Positions 26,631 through 39,400 of a stretch of 64,000 nt of DNA are shown here, piece by piece. The notes beneath the pieces are model-generated. The model was given only the letters and a program-made list of their open reading frames with translations. It had not been told where the DNA came from and did no database searches. The translations under genes and the position numbers were made by a program. Numbering within the stretch: the stretch's first letter is position 1; every line of letters starts with the position of its first letter. The DNA comes from Nemertoderma westbladi (lineage: Eukaryota; Animalia; Xenacoelomorpha): NCBI GenBank assembly GCA_032718475.1, contig JAUCBJ010001183.1:8773-72772 (forward strand). Reading direction: 5' to 3'.

Positions 26631-29600
26631 CTATGTGAACCCGGTAGATGAGTAGTAGAGTAAACAAAACGCTATGTGAACCTGGTAGATGAGTAGTAGA
26701 GTAAACAAAACTTAGAGTGGTGTGTGAACCCGGTAGATGAGTAGTAGAGTAAACAAAACTTAGAGTGCTGTGTGAACCCGGTAGATGAGTAGTAGAGCAA
26801 ACAAAACTTTGAGTGCTGTGTGAACCCGGTAGATGAATAGTAAAGTAAACAAAACTTAGAGTGCTGTGTGAACCCGGTAGATGAGTAGTAGAGTAAACAA
26901 AACTTAGAGTGCTATGTGAACCCGGTAGATGAGTAGTAGAGTAAACAAAACGCTATGTGAACCTGGTAGATGAGTAGTAGAGTAAACAAAACTTAGAGTG
27001 GTGTGTGAACCCGGTAGATGAGTAGTAGAGTAAACAAAACTTAGAGTGGTGTGTGAACCCGGTAGATGAGTAGTAGAGTAAACAAAACTTAGAGTGCTGT
27101 GTGAACCCGGTAGATGAGTAGTAGAGTAAACAAAACTTTGAGTGCTGTGTGAACCCGGTAGATGAGTAGTAGTGTAAACAAAGCTTAGAGTGCTGTGTGA
27201 ACCCGGTAGATGAGTAGTAGAGTGCTGTGTGAACCCAGTAGATGAGTAGAAGAGTAAACAAAACTTTGAGTGCTGTGTGAACCCGGTAGATGAGTAGTAG
27301 AGTAAACAAAACTTAGAGTGCTGTGTGAACCCGGTAGATGAGTAGTAGAGTAAACAAAACTTAGAGTTCTGTGTGAACCCGGTAGATGAGTAGTAGAGTA
27401 AACACAACTTTGAGTGCTGTGTGAACCCGGTAGATGAGTAGTAGAGTAAACACAACTTTGAGTGCTGTGTGAACCCGGTAGATGAGTAGTAGAGTAAACA
27501 AAACTTAGAGTGCTATGTGAACCCAGTAGATGAGTAGTAGAGTAAACAAAACTTAGAGTGCTGTGTGAACCCGGTAGATGAGTAGTAGAGTAAACAAAAC
27601 TTAGAGTGCTGTGTGAACCCGGTAGATGAGTAGTAGAGTAAACAAAACTTAGAGTGCTGTGTGAACCCGGTAGATGAGTAGTAGAGTAAACAAAACGTAG
27701 GCTGTGTGAACCCGGTAGCTGAGTAGTAGAGTAAACAAAACTTAGAGTGCTGTGTGAACCCGGTAGATGAGTAGTAGAGTAAACAAAACTTAGAGTGCTG
27801 TGTGAACCCGGTAGAGGAGTAGTAGAGTAAACAAAACTTAGAGTGCTGTGTGAACCCGGTAGATGAGTAGTAGAGTAAACAAAACTTAGAGTGCTGTGTG
27901 AACCCGGTAGATGAGTAGTAGAGTAAACAAAACTGTGAGTGCTGTGTGAACCCGGTAGATGAGTAGTAGAGTAAACAAAACTTAGAGTGCTGTGTGAACC
28001 CGGTAGATGAGTAGTAGAATAAACAAAACTTTGAGTGCTGTGTGAACCCGGTAGATGAGTAGTAGAGTAAACAAAACTTAGAGTGCTGTGTGAACCCGGT
28101 AGATGAGTAGTAGAGTAAACAAAACGCTATGTGAACCCGGTAGATGAGTAGTAGAGTAAACAAAACTTAGAGTGCTGTGTGAACCCGGTAGATGAGTAGT
28201 AGAGTAAACAAAACTTAGAGTTCTGTGTGAACCCGGTAGCTGAGTAGTACAGTAAACAAAACTTAGAGTGCTGTGTGAACCCGGTAGATGAGTAGTAGAG
28301 CAAACAAAACTTTGAGTGCTGTGTGAACCCGGTAGATGAATAGTAAAGTAAACAAAACTTAGAGTGCTGTGTGAACCCGGTAGATGAGTAGTAGAGTAAA
28401 CAAAACTTAGAGTGCTATGTGAACCCGGTAGATGAGTAGTAGAGTAAACAAAACGCTATGTGAACCTGGTAGATGAGTAGTAGAGTAAACAAAACTTAGA
28501 GTGGTGTGTGAACCCGGTAGATGAGTAGTAGAGTAAACAAAACTTAGAGTGCTGTGTGAACCCGGTAGATGAGTAGTAGAGCAAACAAAACTTTGAGTGC
28601 TGTGTGAACCCGGTAGATGAATAGTAAAGTAAACAAAACTTAGAGTGCTGTGTGAACCCGGTAGATGAGTAGTAGAGTAAACAAAACTTAGAGTGCTGTG
28701 TGAACCCGGTAGATGAGTAGTAGAGTAAACAAAACTTAGAGTGCTATGTGAACCCGGTAGATGAGTAGTAGAGTAAACAAAACGCTATGTGAACCTGGTA
28801 GATGAGTAGTAGAGTAAACAAAGCTTAGAGTGCTGTGTGAACCCGGTAGATGAGTAGTAGAGTAAACAAAACTTAGAGTGCTGTGTGAACCCGGTAGATG
28901 AGTAGTAGAGTAAACAAAACTTTGAGTGCTATGTGAACCCGGTAGATGAGTAGTAGAGTAAACAAAACTTAGAGTGGTGTGTGAACCCGGTAGATGAGTA
29001 GTAGAGCAAACAAAACTTTGAGTGCTGTGTGAACCCAGTAGATGAGTAGTAGAGTAAACAAAACTTAGAGTGGTGTGTGAACCCGGTAGATGAGTAGTAG
29101 AGTAAACAAAACTTTGAGTGCTGTATGAACCCAGTAGATGAGTAGTAGAGTAAACAAAACTTAGAGTGCTGTGTGAACCCGGTAGAGGAGTAGTAGAGTA
29201 AACAAAACTTTGAGTGCTGTGTGAACCCGGTAGATGAGTAGTAGAGTAAACAAAACTCTAGAGTGGTGTGTGAACCCGGTAGCTGAGTAGTAGAGTAAAC
29301 AAAACGTAGAGTGCTGTGTGAACCCGGTAGCTGAGTAGTAGAGTAAACAAAACTTAGAGTGGTGTGTGAACCCGGTAGCTGAGTAGTAGAGTAAACAAAA
29401 CTTAGAGTGGTGTGTGAACCCAGTAGCTGAGTAGTAGAGTAAACAAAACGTAGAGTGCTGTGTGAACCTGGTAGCTGAGTAGTAGAGTAAACAAAACGTA
29501 GAGTGCTGTGTGAACCCGGTAGATGAGTAGTAGAGTAAACAAAACTTTGAGTGCTGTGTGAACCCGGTAGCTGAGTAGTAGAGTAAACAAAACGTAGAGT

Positions 29601-32600
29601 GCTGTGTGAACCCGGTAGCTGAGTAGTAGAGTAAACAAAACGTAGAGTGCTGTGTGAACCCGGTAGATGAGTAGTAGAGTAAACAAAACGTAGAGTGCTG
29701 TGTGAACCCGGTAGATGAGTAGTAGAGTAAACAAAACTTAGAGTGCTGTGTGAACCCGGTAGATGAGTAGTAGAGTAAACAAAATTTAGAGTGCTGTGTG
29801 AACCCGGTAGATGAGTAGTAGAGTAAACAAAACTTAGATTTCTGTGTGAACCCGGTAGATGAGTAGTAGAGTAAACAAAACTTTGAGTGCTGTGTGAACC
29901 CGGTAGCTGAGTAGTAGAGTAAACAAAACTTAGAGTGCTGTGTGAACCTGGTAGATGAGTAGTAGAGTAAACAAAACTTAGAGTGCTGTGTGAACCCGGT
30001 AGAGGAGTAGTAGAGTAAACAAAACTTAGAGTGCTGTGTGAACCCGGTAGATGAGTAGTAGAGTGCTGTGTGAACCTGGTAGCTGAGTAGTAGAGTAAAC
30101 AATACTTTGAGTGCTGTGTGAACCCGGTAGATGAGTAGTAGAGTAAACAAAACTTAGAGTTCTGTGTGAACCCGGTAGATGAGTAGTAGAGTAAACAAAA
30201 CTAAGAGTGCTGTGTGAACCCGGTAGCTGAGTAGTAGAGTAAACAAAACTTAGAGTGCTGTGTGAACCTGGTAGATGAGTAGTAGAGTAAACAAAACTAA
30301 GAGTGCTGTGTGAACCCGGTAGAAGAGTAGTAGAGTAAACAAAACTTAGAGTGCTGTGTGAACCCGGTAGATGAGTAGTAGAGTGCTGTGTGAACCTGGT
30401 AGCTGAGTAGTAGAGTAAACAAAACTTTGAGTGCTGTGTGAACCCGGTAGATGAGTAGTAGAGTAAACAAAACGTAGGCTGTGTGAACCCGGTAGAGGAG
30501 TAGTAGAGTAAACAAAACTTAGAGTGCTGTGTGAACCCGGTAGATGAGTAGTAGAGTAAACAAAACTTAGAGTGCTGTGTGAACCCGGTAGATGAGTAGT
30601 AGTGTAAACAAAACTTTGAGTGCTGTGTGAACCCGGTAGATGAGTAGTAGAGTAAACAAAACGTAGGCTGTGTGAACCCGGTAGAGGAGTAGTAGAGTAA
30701 ACAAAACTTAGAGTGCTGTGTGAACCCGGTAGATGAGTAGTAGAGTAAACAAAACTTAGAGTGCTGTGTGAACCCGGTAGATGAGTAGTAGAGTAAACAA
30801 AACTTAGAGTGCTGTGTGAACCCGGTAGATGAGTAGTAGAGTAAACAAAACGTAGGCTGTGTGAACCCGGTAGAGGAGTAGTAGAGTAAACAAAACTTAG
30901 AGTGCTGTGTGAACCCGGTAGATGAGTAGTAGAGTAAACAAAACTTAGAGTGCTGTGTGAACCCGGTAGATGAGTAGTAGAGTAAACAAAACTTAGAGTG
31001 CTGTGTGAACCCGGTAGAGGAGTAGTAGAGTAAACAAAACTTAGAGTGCTGTGTGAACCCGGTAGATGAGTAGTAGAGTAAACAAAACTTAGAGTGCTGT
31101 GTGAACCCGGTAGATGAGTAGTAGTGTAAACAAAACTTTGAGTGCTGTGTGAACCCGGTAGATGAGTAGTAGAGTAAACAAAACGTAGGCTGTGTGAACC
31201 CGGTAGATGAGTAGTAGAGTAAACAAAACTTAGAGTGATGTGTGAACCCGGTAGATGAGTAGTAGAGTAAACAAAACTTAGAGTTCTGTGTGAACCCGGT
31301 AGATGAGTAGTAGAGTAAACAAAACTTTGAGTGCTGTGTGAACCCGGTAGCTGAGTAGTAGAGTAAACAAAACTTAGAGTGCTGTGTGAACCTGGTAGAT
31401 GAGTAGTAGAGTAAACAAAACTTAGAGTGCTGTGTGAACCCGGTAGAGGAGTAGTAGAGTAAACAAAACTTAGAGTGCTGTGTGAACCCGGTAGATGAGT
31501 AGTAGAGTGCTGTGTGAACCTGGTAGCTGAGTAGTAGAGTAAACAAAACTTTGAGTTCTGTGTGAACCCGGTAGATGAGTAGTAGAGTAAACAAAACGTA
31601 GGCTGTGTGAACCCGGTAGAGGAGTAGTAGAGTAAACAAAACTTAGAGTGCTGTGTGAACCCGGTAGATGAGTAGTAGAGTAAACAAAACTTAGAGTGCT
31701 GTGTGAACCCGGTAGATGAGTAGTAGTGTAAACAAAACTTTGAGTGCTGTGTGAACCCGGTAGATGAGTAGTAGAGTAAACAAAACGTAGGCTGTGTGAA
31801 CCCGGTAGAGGAGTAGTAGAGTAAACAAATCTTAGAGTGCTGTGTGAACCCGGTAGATGAGTAGTAGAGTAAACAAAACTTAGAGTGCTGTGTGAACCCG
31901 GTAGATGAGTAGTAGAGTAAACAAAACTTAGAGTGCTGTGTGAACCCGGTAGATGAGTAGTAGAGTAAACAAAACGTAGGCTGTGTGAACCCGGTAGAGG
32001 AGTAGTAGAGTAAACACAACTTAGAGTGCTGTGTGAACCCGGTAGATGAGTAGTAGAGTAAACAAAACTTAGAGTGCTGTGTGAACCCAGTAGATGAGTA
32101 GTAGAGTAAACAAAACTTAGAGTGCTGTGTGAACCCGGTAGAGGAGTAGTAGAGTAAACAAAACTTAGAGTGCTGTGTGAACCCGGTAGATGAGTAGTAG
32201 AGTAAACAAAACGTAGGCTGTGTGAACCCGGTAGATGAGTAGTAGAGTAAACAAAACTTAGAGTGCTGTGTGAACCCGGTAGATGAGTAGTAGAGTAAAC
32301 AAAACTTAGAGTGCTGTGTGAACCCGGTAGATGAGTAGTAGAGTAAACAAAACTTAGAGTGCTGTGTGAACCCGGTAGATGAGTAGTAGAGTAAACAAAA
32401 CGTAGGCTGTGTGAACCCGGTAGCTGAGTAGTAGAGTAAACAAAACTTAGAGTGCTGTGTGAACCCGGTAGATGAGTAGTAGAGTAAACAAAACTTAGAG
32501 TGCTGTGTGAACCCGGTAGATGAGTAGTAGAGTAAACAAAACTTAGAGTGCTGTGTGAACCCGGTAGATGAGTAGTAGAGTAAACAAAACTTAGAGTTCT

Positions 32601-35600
32601 GTGTGAACCCGGTAGATGAGTAGTAGAGTAAACACAACTTTGAGTGCTGTGTGAACCCGGTAGATGAGTAGTAGAGTAAACACAACTTTGAGTGCTGTGT
32701 GAACCCGGTAGATGAGTAGTAGAGTAAACAAAACTTAGAGTGCTATGTGAACCCGGTAGATGAGTGTAGTAGAGTAAACAAAACTTAGAGTGCTGTGTGA
32801 ACCCGGTAGATGAGTAGTAGAGTAAACAAAACTTAGAGTGCTGTGTGAACCCGGTAGATGTGTAGTAGAGTAAACAAAACTTAGAGTGCTGTGTGAACCC
32901 GGTAGCTGAGTAGTAGAGTAAACAAAACTTAGAGTGCTGTGTGAACCCGGTAGATGAGTAGTAGAGTAAACAAAACTTAGAGTGCTGTGTGAACCCGGTA
33001 GAGGAGTAGTAGAGTAAACAAAACTTAGAGTGCTGTGTGAACCCGGTAGATGAGTAGTAGAGTAAACAAAACTTAGAGTTCTGTGTGAACCCGGTAGATG
33101 AGTAGTAGAGAAAACAAAACTGTGAGTGCTGTGTGAACCCGGTAGATGAGTAGTAGAGTAAACAAAACTTAGAGTGCTGTGTGAACCCGGTAGATGAGTA
33201 GTAGAATAAACAAAACTTTGAGTGCTGTGTGAACCCGGTAGATGAGTAGTAGAGTAAACAAAACTTAGAGTGCTGTGTGAACCCGGTAGATGAGTAGTAG
33301 AGTAAACAAAACGCTATGTGAACCCGGTAGATGAGTAGTAGAGTAAACAAAACTTAGAGTGCTGTGTGAACCCGGTAGATGAGTAGTAGAGTAAACAAAA
33401 CTTAGAGTTCTGTGTGAACCCGGTAGCTGAGTAGTACAGTAAACAAAACTTAGAGTGCTGTGTGAACCCGGTAGATGAGTAGTAGAGCAAACAAAACTTT
33501 GAGTGCTGTGTGAACCCGGTAGATGAATAGTAAAGTAAACAAAACTTAGAGTGCTGTGTGAACCCGGTAGATGAGTAGTAGAGTAAACAAAACTTAGAGT
33601 GCTATGTGAACCCGGTAGATGAGTAGTAGAGTAAACAAAACGCTATGTGAACCTGGTAGATGAGTAGTAGAGTAAACAAAACTTAGAGTGGTGTGTGAAC
33701 CCGGTAGATGAGTAGTAGAGTAAACAAAACTTAGAGTGCTGTGTGAACCCGGTAGATGAGTAGTAGAGCAAACAAAACTTTGAGTGCTGTGTGAACCCGG
33801 TAGATGAATAGTAAAGTAAACAAAACTTAGAGTGCTGTGTGAACCCGGTAGATGAGTAGTAGAGTAAACAAAACTTAGAGTGCTGTGTGAACCCGGTAGA
33901 TGAGTAGAAGAGTAAACAAAACTTAGAGTGCTATGTGAACCCGGTAGATGAGTAGTAGAGTAAACAAAACGCTATGTGAACCTGGTAGATGAGTAGTAGA
34001 GTAAACAAAGCTTAGAGTGCTGTGTGAACCCGGTAGATGAGTAGTAGAGTAAACAAAACTTAGAGTGCTGTGTGAACCCGGTAGATGAGTAGTAGAGTAA
34101 ACAAAACTTTGAGTGCTATGTGAACCCGGTAGATGAGTAGTAGAGTAAACAAAACTTAGAGTGGTGTGTGATCCCGGTAGATGAGTAGTAGAGTAAACAA
34201 AACTTTGAGTGCTATGTGAACCCGGTAGATGAGTAGTAGAGTAAACAAAACTTAGAGTGGTGTGTGAACCCGGTAGATGAGTAGTAGAGTAAACAAAACT
34301 TTGAGTGCTGTGTGAACCCGGTAGATGAGTAGTAGAGTAAACAAAACTTAGAGTGGTGTATGAACCCGGTAGATGAGTAGTAGAGTAAACAAAACTTTGA
34401 GTGCTGTATGAACCCAGTAGATGAGTAGTAGAGTAAACAAAACTTAGAGTGCTGTGTGAACCCGGTAGAGGAGTAGTAGAGTAAACAAAACTTTGAGTGC
34501 TGTGTGAACCCGGTAGATGAGTAGTAGAGTAAACAAAACTCTAGAGTGGTGTGTGAACCCGGTAGCTGAGTAGTAGAGTAAACAAAACGTAGAGTGCTGT
34601 GTGAACCCGGTAGCTGAGTAGTAGAGTAAACAAAACTTAGAGTGGTGTGTGAACCCGGTAGCTGAGTAGTAGAGTAAACAAAACTTAGAGTGGTGTGTGA
34701 ACCCAGTAGCTGAGTAGTAGAGTAAACAAAACGTAGAGTGCTGTGTGAACCCGGTAGCTGAGTAGTAGAGTAAACAAAACGTAGAGTGCTGTGTGAACCC
34801 GGTAGATGAGTAGTAGAGTAAACAAAACTTTGAGTGCTGTGTGAACCCGGTAGCCGAGTAGTAGAGTAAACAAAACGTAGAGTGCTGTGTGAACCCGGTA
34901 GCTGAGTAGTAGAGTAAACAAAACGTAGAGTGCTGTGTGAACCCGGTAGATGAGTAGTAGAGTAAACAAAACTTAGAGTGCTGTGTGAACCCGGTAGATG
35001 AGTAGTAGAGTAAACAAAATTTAGAGTGCTGTGTGAACCCGGTAGATGAGTAGTAGAGTAAACAAAACTTAGAGTTCTGTGTGAACCCGGTAGATGAGTA
35101 GTAGAGTAAACAAAACTTTGAGTGCTGTGTGAACCCGGTAGCTGAGTAGTAGAGTAAACAAAACTTAGAGTGCTGTGTGAACCTGGTAGATGAGTAGTAG
35201 AGTAAACAAAACTTAGAGTGCTGTGTGAACCCGGTAGAGGAGTAGTAGAGTAAACAAAACTTAGAGTGCTGTGTGAACCCGGTAGATGAGTAGTAGAGTG
35301 CTGTGTGAACCTGGTAGCTGAGTAGTAGAGTAAACAAAACTTTGAGTGCTGTGTGAACCCGGTAGATGAGTAGTAGAGTAAACAAAACTTAGAGTTCTGT
35401 GTGAACCCGGTAGATGAGTAGTAGAGTAAACAAAACTAAGAGTGCTGTGTGAACCCGGTAGCTGAGTAGTAGAGTAAACAAAACTTAGAGTGCTGTGTGA
35501 ACCTGGTAGATGAGTAGTAGAGTAAACAAAACTAAGAGTGCTGTGTGAACCCGGTAGAGGAGTAGTAGAGTAAACAAAACTTAGAGTGCTGTATGAACCC

Positions 35601-36419
35601 GGTAGATGAGTAGTAGAGTGCTGTGTGAACCTGGTAGCTGAGTAGTAGAGTAAACAAAACTTTGAGTGCTGTGTGAACCCGGTAGATGAGTAGTAGAGTA
35701 AACAAAACGTAGGCTGTGTGAACCCGGTAGAGGAGTAGTAGAGTAAACAAAACTTAGAGTGCTGTGTGAACCCGGTAGATGAGTAGTAGAGTAAACAAAA
35801 CTTAGAGTGCTGTGTGAACCCGGTAGATGAGTAGTAGTGTAAACAAAACTTTGAGTGCTGTGTGAACCCGGTAGTAGTAGAGTAAACAAAACGTAGGCTG
35901 TGTGAACCCGGTAGAGGAGTAGTAGAGTAAACAAAACTTAGAGTGCTGTGTGAACCCGGTAGATGAGTAGTAGAGTAAACAAAACTTAGAGTGCTGTGTG
36001 AACCCGGTAGATGAGTAGTAGAGTAAACAAAACGTAGGCTGTGTGAACCCGGTAGAGGAGTAGTAGAGTAAACAAAACTTAGAGTGCTGTGTGAACCCGG
36101 TAGATGAGTAGTAGAGTAAACAAAACTTAGAGTGCTGTGTGAACCTGGTAGATGAGTAGTAGAGTAAACAAAACTTAGAGTGCTGTGTGAACCTGGTAGA
36201 GGAGTAGTAGAGTAAACAAAACTTAGAGTGCTGTGTGAACCCGGTAGATGAGTAGTAGAGTAAACAAAACTTAGAGTGCTGTGTGAACCCGGTAGATGAG
36301 TAGTAGAGTAAACAAAACTTAGAGTGCTGTGTGAACCCGGTAGATGAGTAGTAGTGTAAACAAAACTTTGAGTGCTGTGTGAACCCGGTAGATGAGTAGT
36401 AGAGTAAACAAAACGTAGG

Positions 36420-39400
36420 CTGTGTGAACCCGGTAGATGAGTAGTAGAGTAAACAAAACTTAGAGTGATGTGTGAACCCGGTAGATGAGTAGTAGAGTAA
36501 ACAAAACTTAGAGTTCTGTGTGAACCCGGTAGATGAGTAGTAGAGTAAACAAAACTTTGAGTGCTGTGTGAACCCGGTAGCTGAGTAGTAGAGTAAACAA
36601 AACTTAGAGTGCTGTGTAAACCTGGTAGATGAGTAGTAGAGTAAACAAAACTTAGAGTGCTGTGTGAACCCGGTAGAGGAGTAGTAGAGTAAACAAAACT
36701 TAGAGTGCTGTGTGAACCCGGTAGATGAGTAGTAGAGTGCTGTGTGAACCTGGTAGCTGAGTAGTAGAGTAAACAAAACTTTGAGTTCTGTGTGAACCCG
36801 GTAGATGAGTAGTAGAGTAAACAAAACGTAGGCTGTGTGAACCCGGTAGAGGAGTAGTAGAGTAAACAAAACTTAGAGTGCTGTGTGAACCCGGTAGATG
36901 AGTAGTAGAGTAAACAAAACTTAGAGTGCTGTGTGAACCCGGTAGATGAGTAGTAGTGTAAACAAAACTTTGAGTGCTGTGTGAACCCGGTAGATGAGTA
37001 GTAGAGTAAACAAAACGTAGGCTGTGTGAACCCGGTAGAGGAGTAGTAGAGTAAACAAAACTTAGAGTGCTGTGTGAACCCGGTAGATGAGTAGTAGAGT
37101 AAACAAAACGTAGGCTGTGTGAACCCGGTAGAGGAGTAGTAGAGTAAACACAACTTAGAGTGCTGTGTGAACCCGGTAGATGAGTAGTAGAGTAAACAAA
37201 ACTTAGAGTGCTGTGTGAACCCGGTAGATGAGTAGTAGAGTAAACAAAACTTAGAGTGCTGTGTGAACCCGGTAGAGGAGTAGTAGAGTAAACAAAACTT
37301 AGAGTGCTGTGTGAACCCGGTAGATGAGTAGTAGAGTAAACAAAACTTAGAGTGCTGTGTGAACCCGGTAGATGATTAGTAGAGTAAACAAAACTTAGAG
37401 TGCTGTGTGAACCCGGTAGATGAGTAGTAGTGTAAACAAAACTTTGAGTGCTGTGTGAACCCGGTAGATGAGTAGTAGAGTAAACAAAACGTAGGCTGTG
37501 TGAACCCAGTAGATGAGTAGTAGAGTAAACAAAACTTAGAGTGCTGTGTGAACCCGGTAGATGAGTAGTAGAGTAAACAAAACTTAGAGTGCTGTGTGAA
37601 CCCGGTAGATGAGTAGTAGAGTAAACAAAACTTAGAGTGCTGTGTGAACCCGGTAGATGAGTAGTAGAGTAAACAAAACGTAGGCTGTGTGAACCCGGTA
37701 GCTGAGTAGTAGAGTAAACAAAACTTAGAGTGCTGTGTGAACCCGGTAGATGAGTAGTAGAGTAAACAAAACTTAGAGTGCTGTGTGAACCCGGTAGATG
37801 AGTAGTAGAGTAAACAAAACTTAGAGTGCTGTGTGAATCCGGTAGATGAGTAGTAGAGTAAACAAAACTTAGAGTTCTGTGTGAACCCGGTAGATGAGTA
37901 GTAGAGTAAACACAACTCTGAGTGCTGTGTGAACCCGGTAGATGAGTAGTAGAGTAAACACAACTTTGAGTGCTGTGTGAACCCGGTAGATGAGTAGTAG
38001 AGTAAACAAAACTTAGAGTGCTATGTGAACCCAGTAGATGAGTAGTAGAGTAAACAAAACTTAGAGTGCTGTGTGAACCCGGTAGATGAGTAGTAGAGTA
38101 AACAAAACTTAGAGTGCTGTGTGAACCTGGTAGATGAGTAGTAGAGTAAACAAAACTTTGAGTGCTGTGTGAACCCGGTAGATGAGTAGTAGAGTAAACA
38201 AAACTTTGAGTGCTGTGTGAACCCGGTAGATGAGTAGTAGAGTAAACAAAACTTAGAGTGCTGTGTGAACCCGGTAGATGAGTAGTAGAGTAAACAAAAC
38301 TTTGAGTGCTGTGTGAACCCGGTAGATGAGTACTAGAGTGCTGTGTGAACCTGGTAGCTGAGTAGTAGAGTAAACAAAACTTTGAGTTCTGTGTGAACCC
38401 GGTAGATGAGTAGTAGAGTAAACAAAACGTAGGCTGTGTGAACCCGGTAGAGGAGTAGTAGAGTAAACAAAACTTAGAGTGCTGTGTGAACCCGGTAGAT
38501 GAGTAGTAGAGTAAACAAAACTTAGAGTGCTGTGTGAACCCGGTAGATGAGTAGTAGTGTAAACAAAACTTTGAGTGCTGTGTGAACCCGGTAGATGAGT
38601 AGTAGAGTAAACAAAACGTAGGCTGTGTGAACCCGGTAGAGGAGTAGTAGAGTAAACAAAACTTAGAGTGCTGTGTGAACCCGGTAGATGAGTAGTAGAG
38701 TAAACAAAACTTAGAGTGCTGTGTGAACCCGGTAGATGAGTAGTAGAGTAAACAAAACTTAGAGTGCTGTGTGAACCCGGTAGATGAGTAGTAGAGTAAA
38801 CAAAACGTAGGCTGTGTGAACCCGGTAGAGGAGTAGTAGAGTAAACAAAACTTAGAGTGCTGTGTGAACCCGGTAGATGAGTAGTAGAGTAAACAAAACT
38901 TAGAGTGCTGTGTGAACCCGGTAGATGAGTAGTAGAGTAAACAAAACTTAGAGTGCTGTGTGAACCCGGTAGAGGAGTAGTAGAGTAAACAAAACTTAGA
39001 GTGCTGTGTGAACCCGGTAGATGAGTAGTAGAGTAAACAAAACTTAGAGTGCTGTGTGAACCCGGTAGATGAGTAGTAGAGTAAACAAAACTTAGAGTGC
39101 TGTGTGAACCCGGTAGATGAGTAGTAGTGTAAACAAAACTTTGAGTGCTGTGTGAACCCGGTAGATGAGTAGTAGAGTAAACAAAACGTAGGCTGTGTGA
39201 ACCCGGTAGATGAGTAGTAGAGTAAACAAAACTTAGAGTGATGTGTGAACCCGGTAGATGAGTAGTAGAGTAAACAAAACTTAGAGTTCTGTGTGAACCC
39301 GGTAGATGAGTAGTAGAGTAAACAAAACTTTGAGTGCTGTGTGAACCCGGTAGCTGAGTAGTAGAGTAAACAAAACTTAGAGTGCTGTGTGAACCTGGTA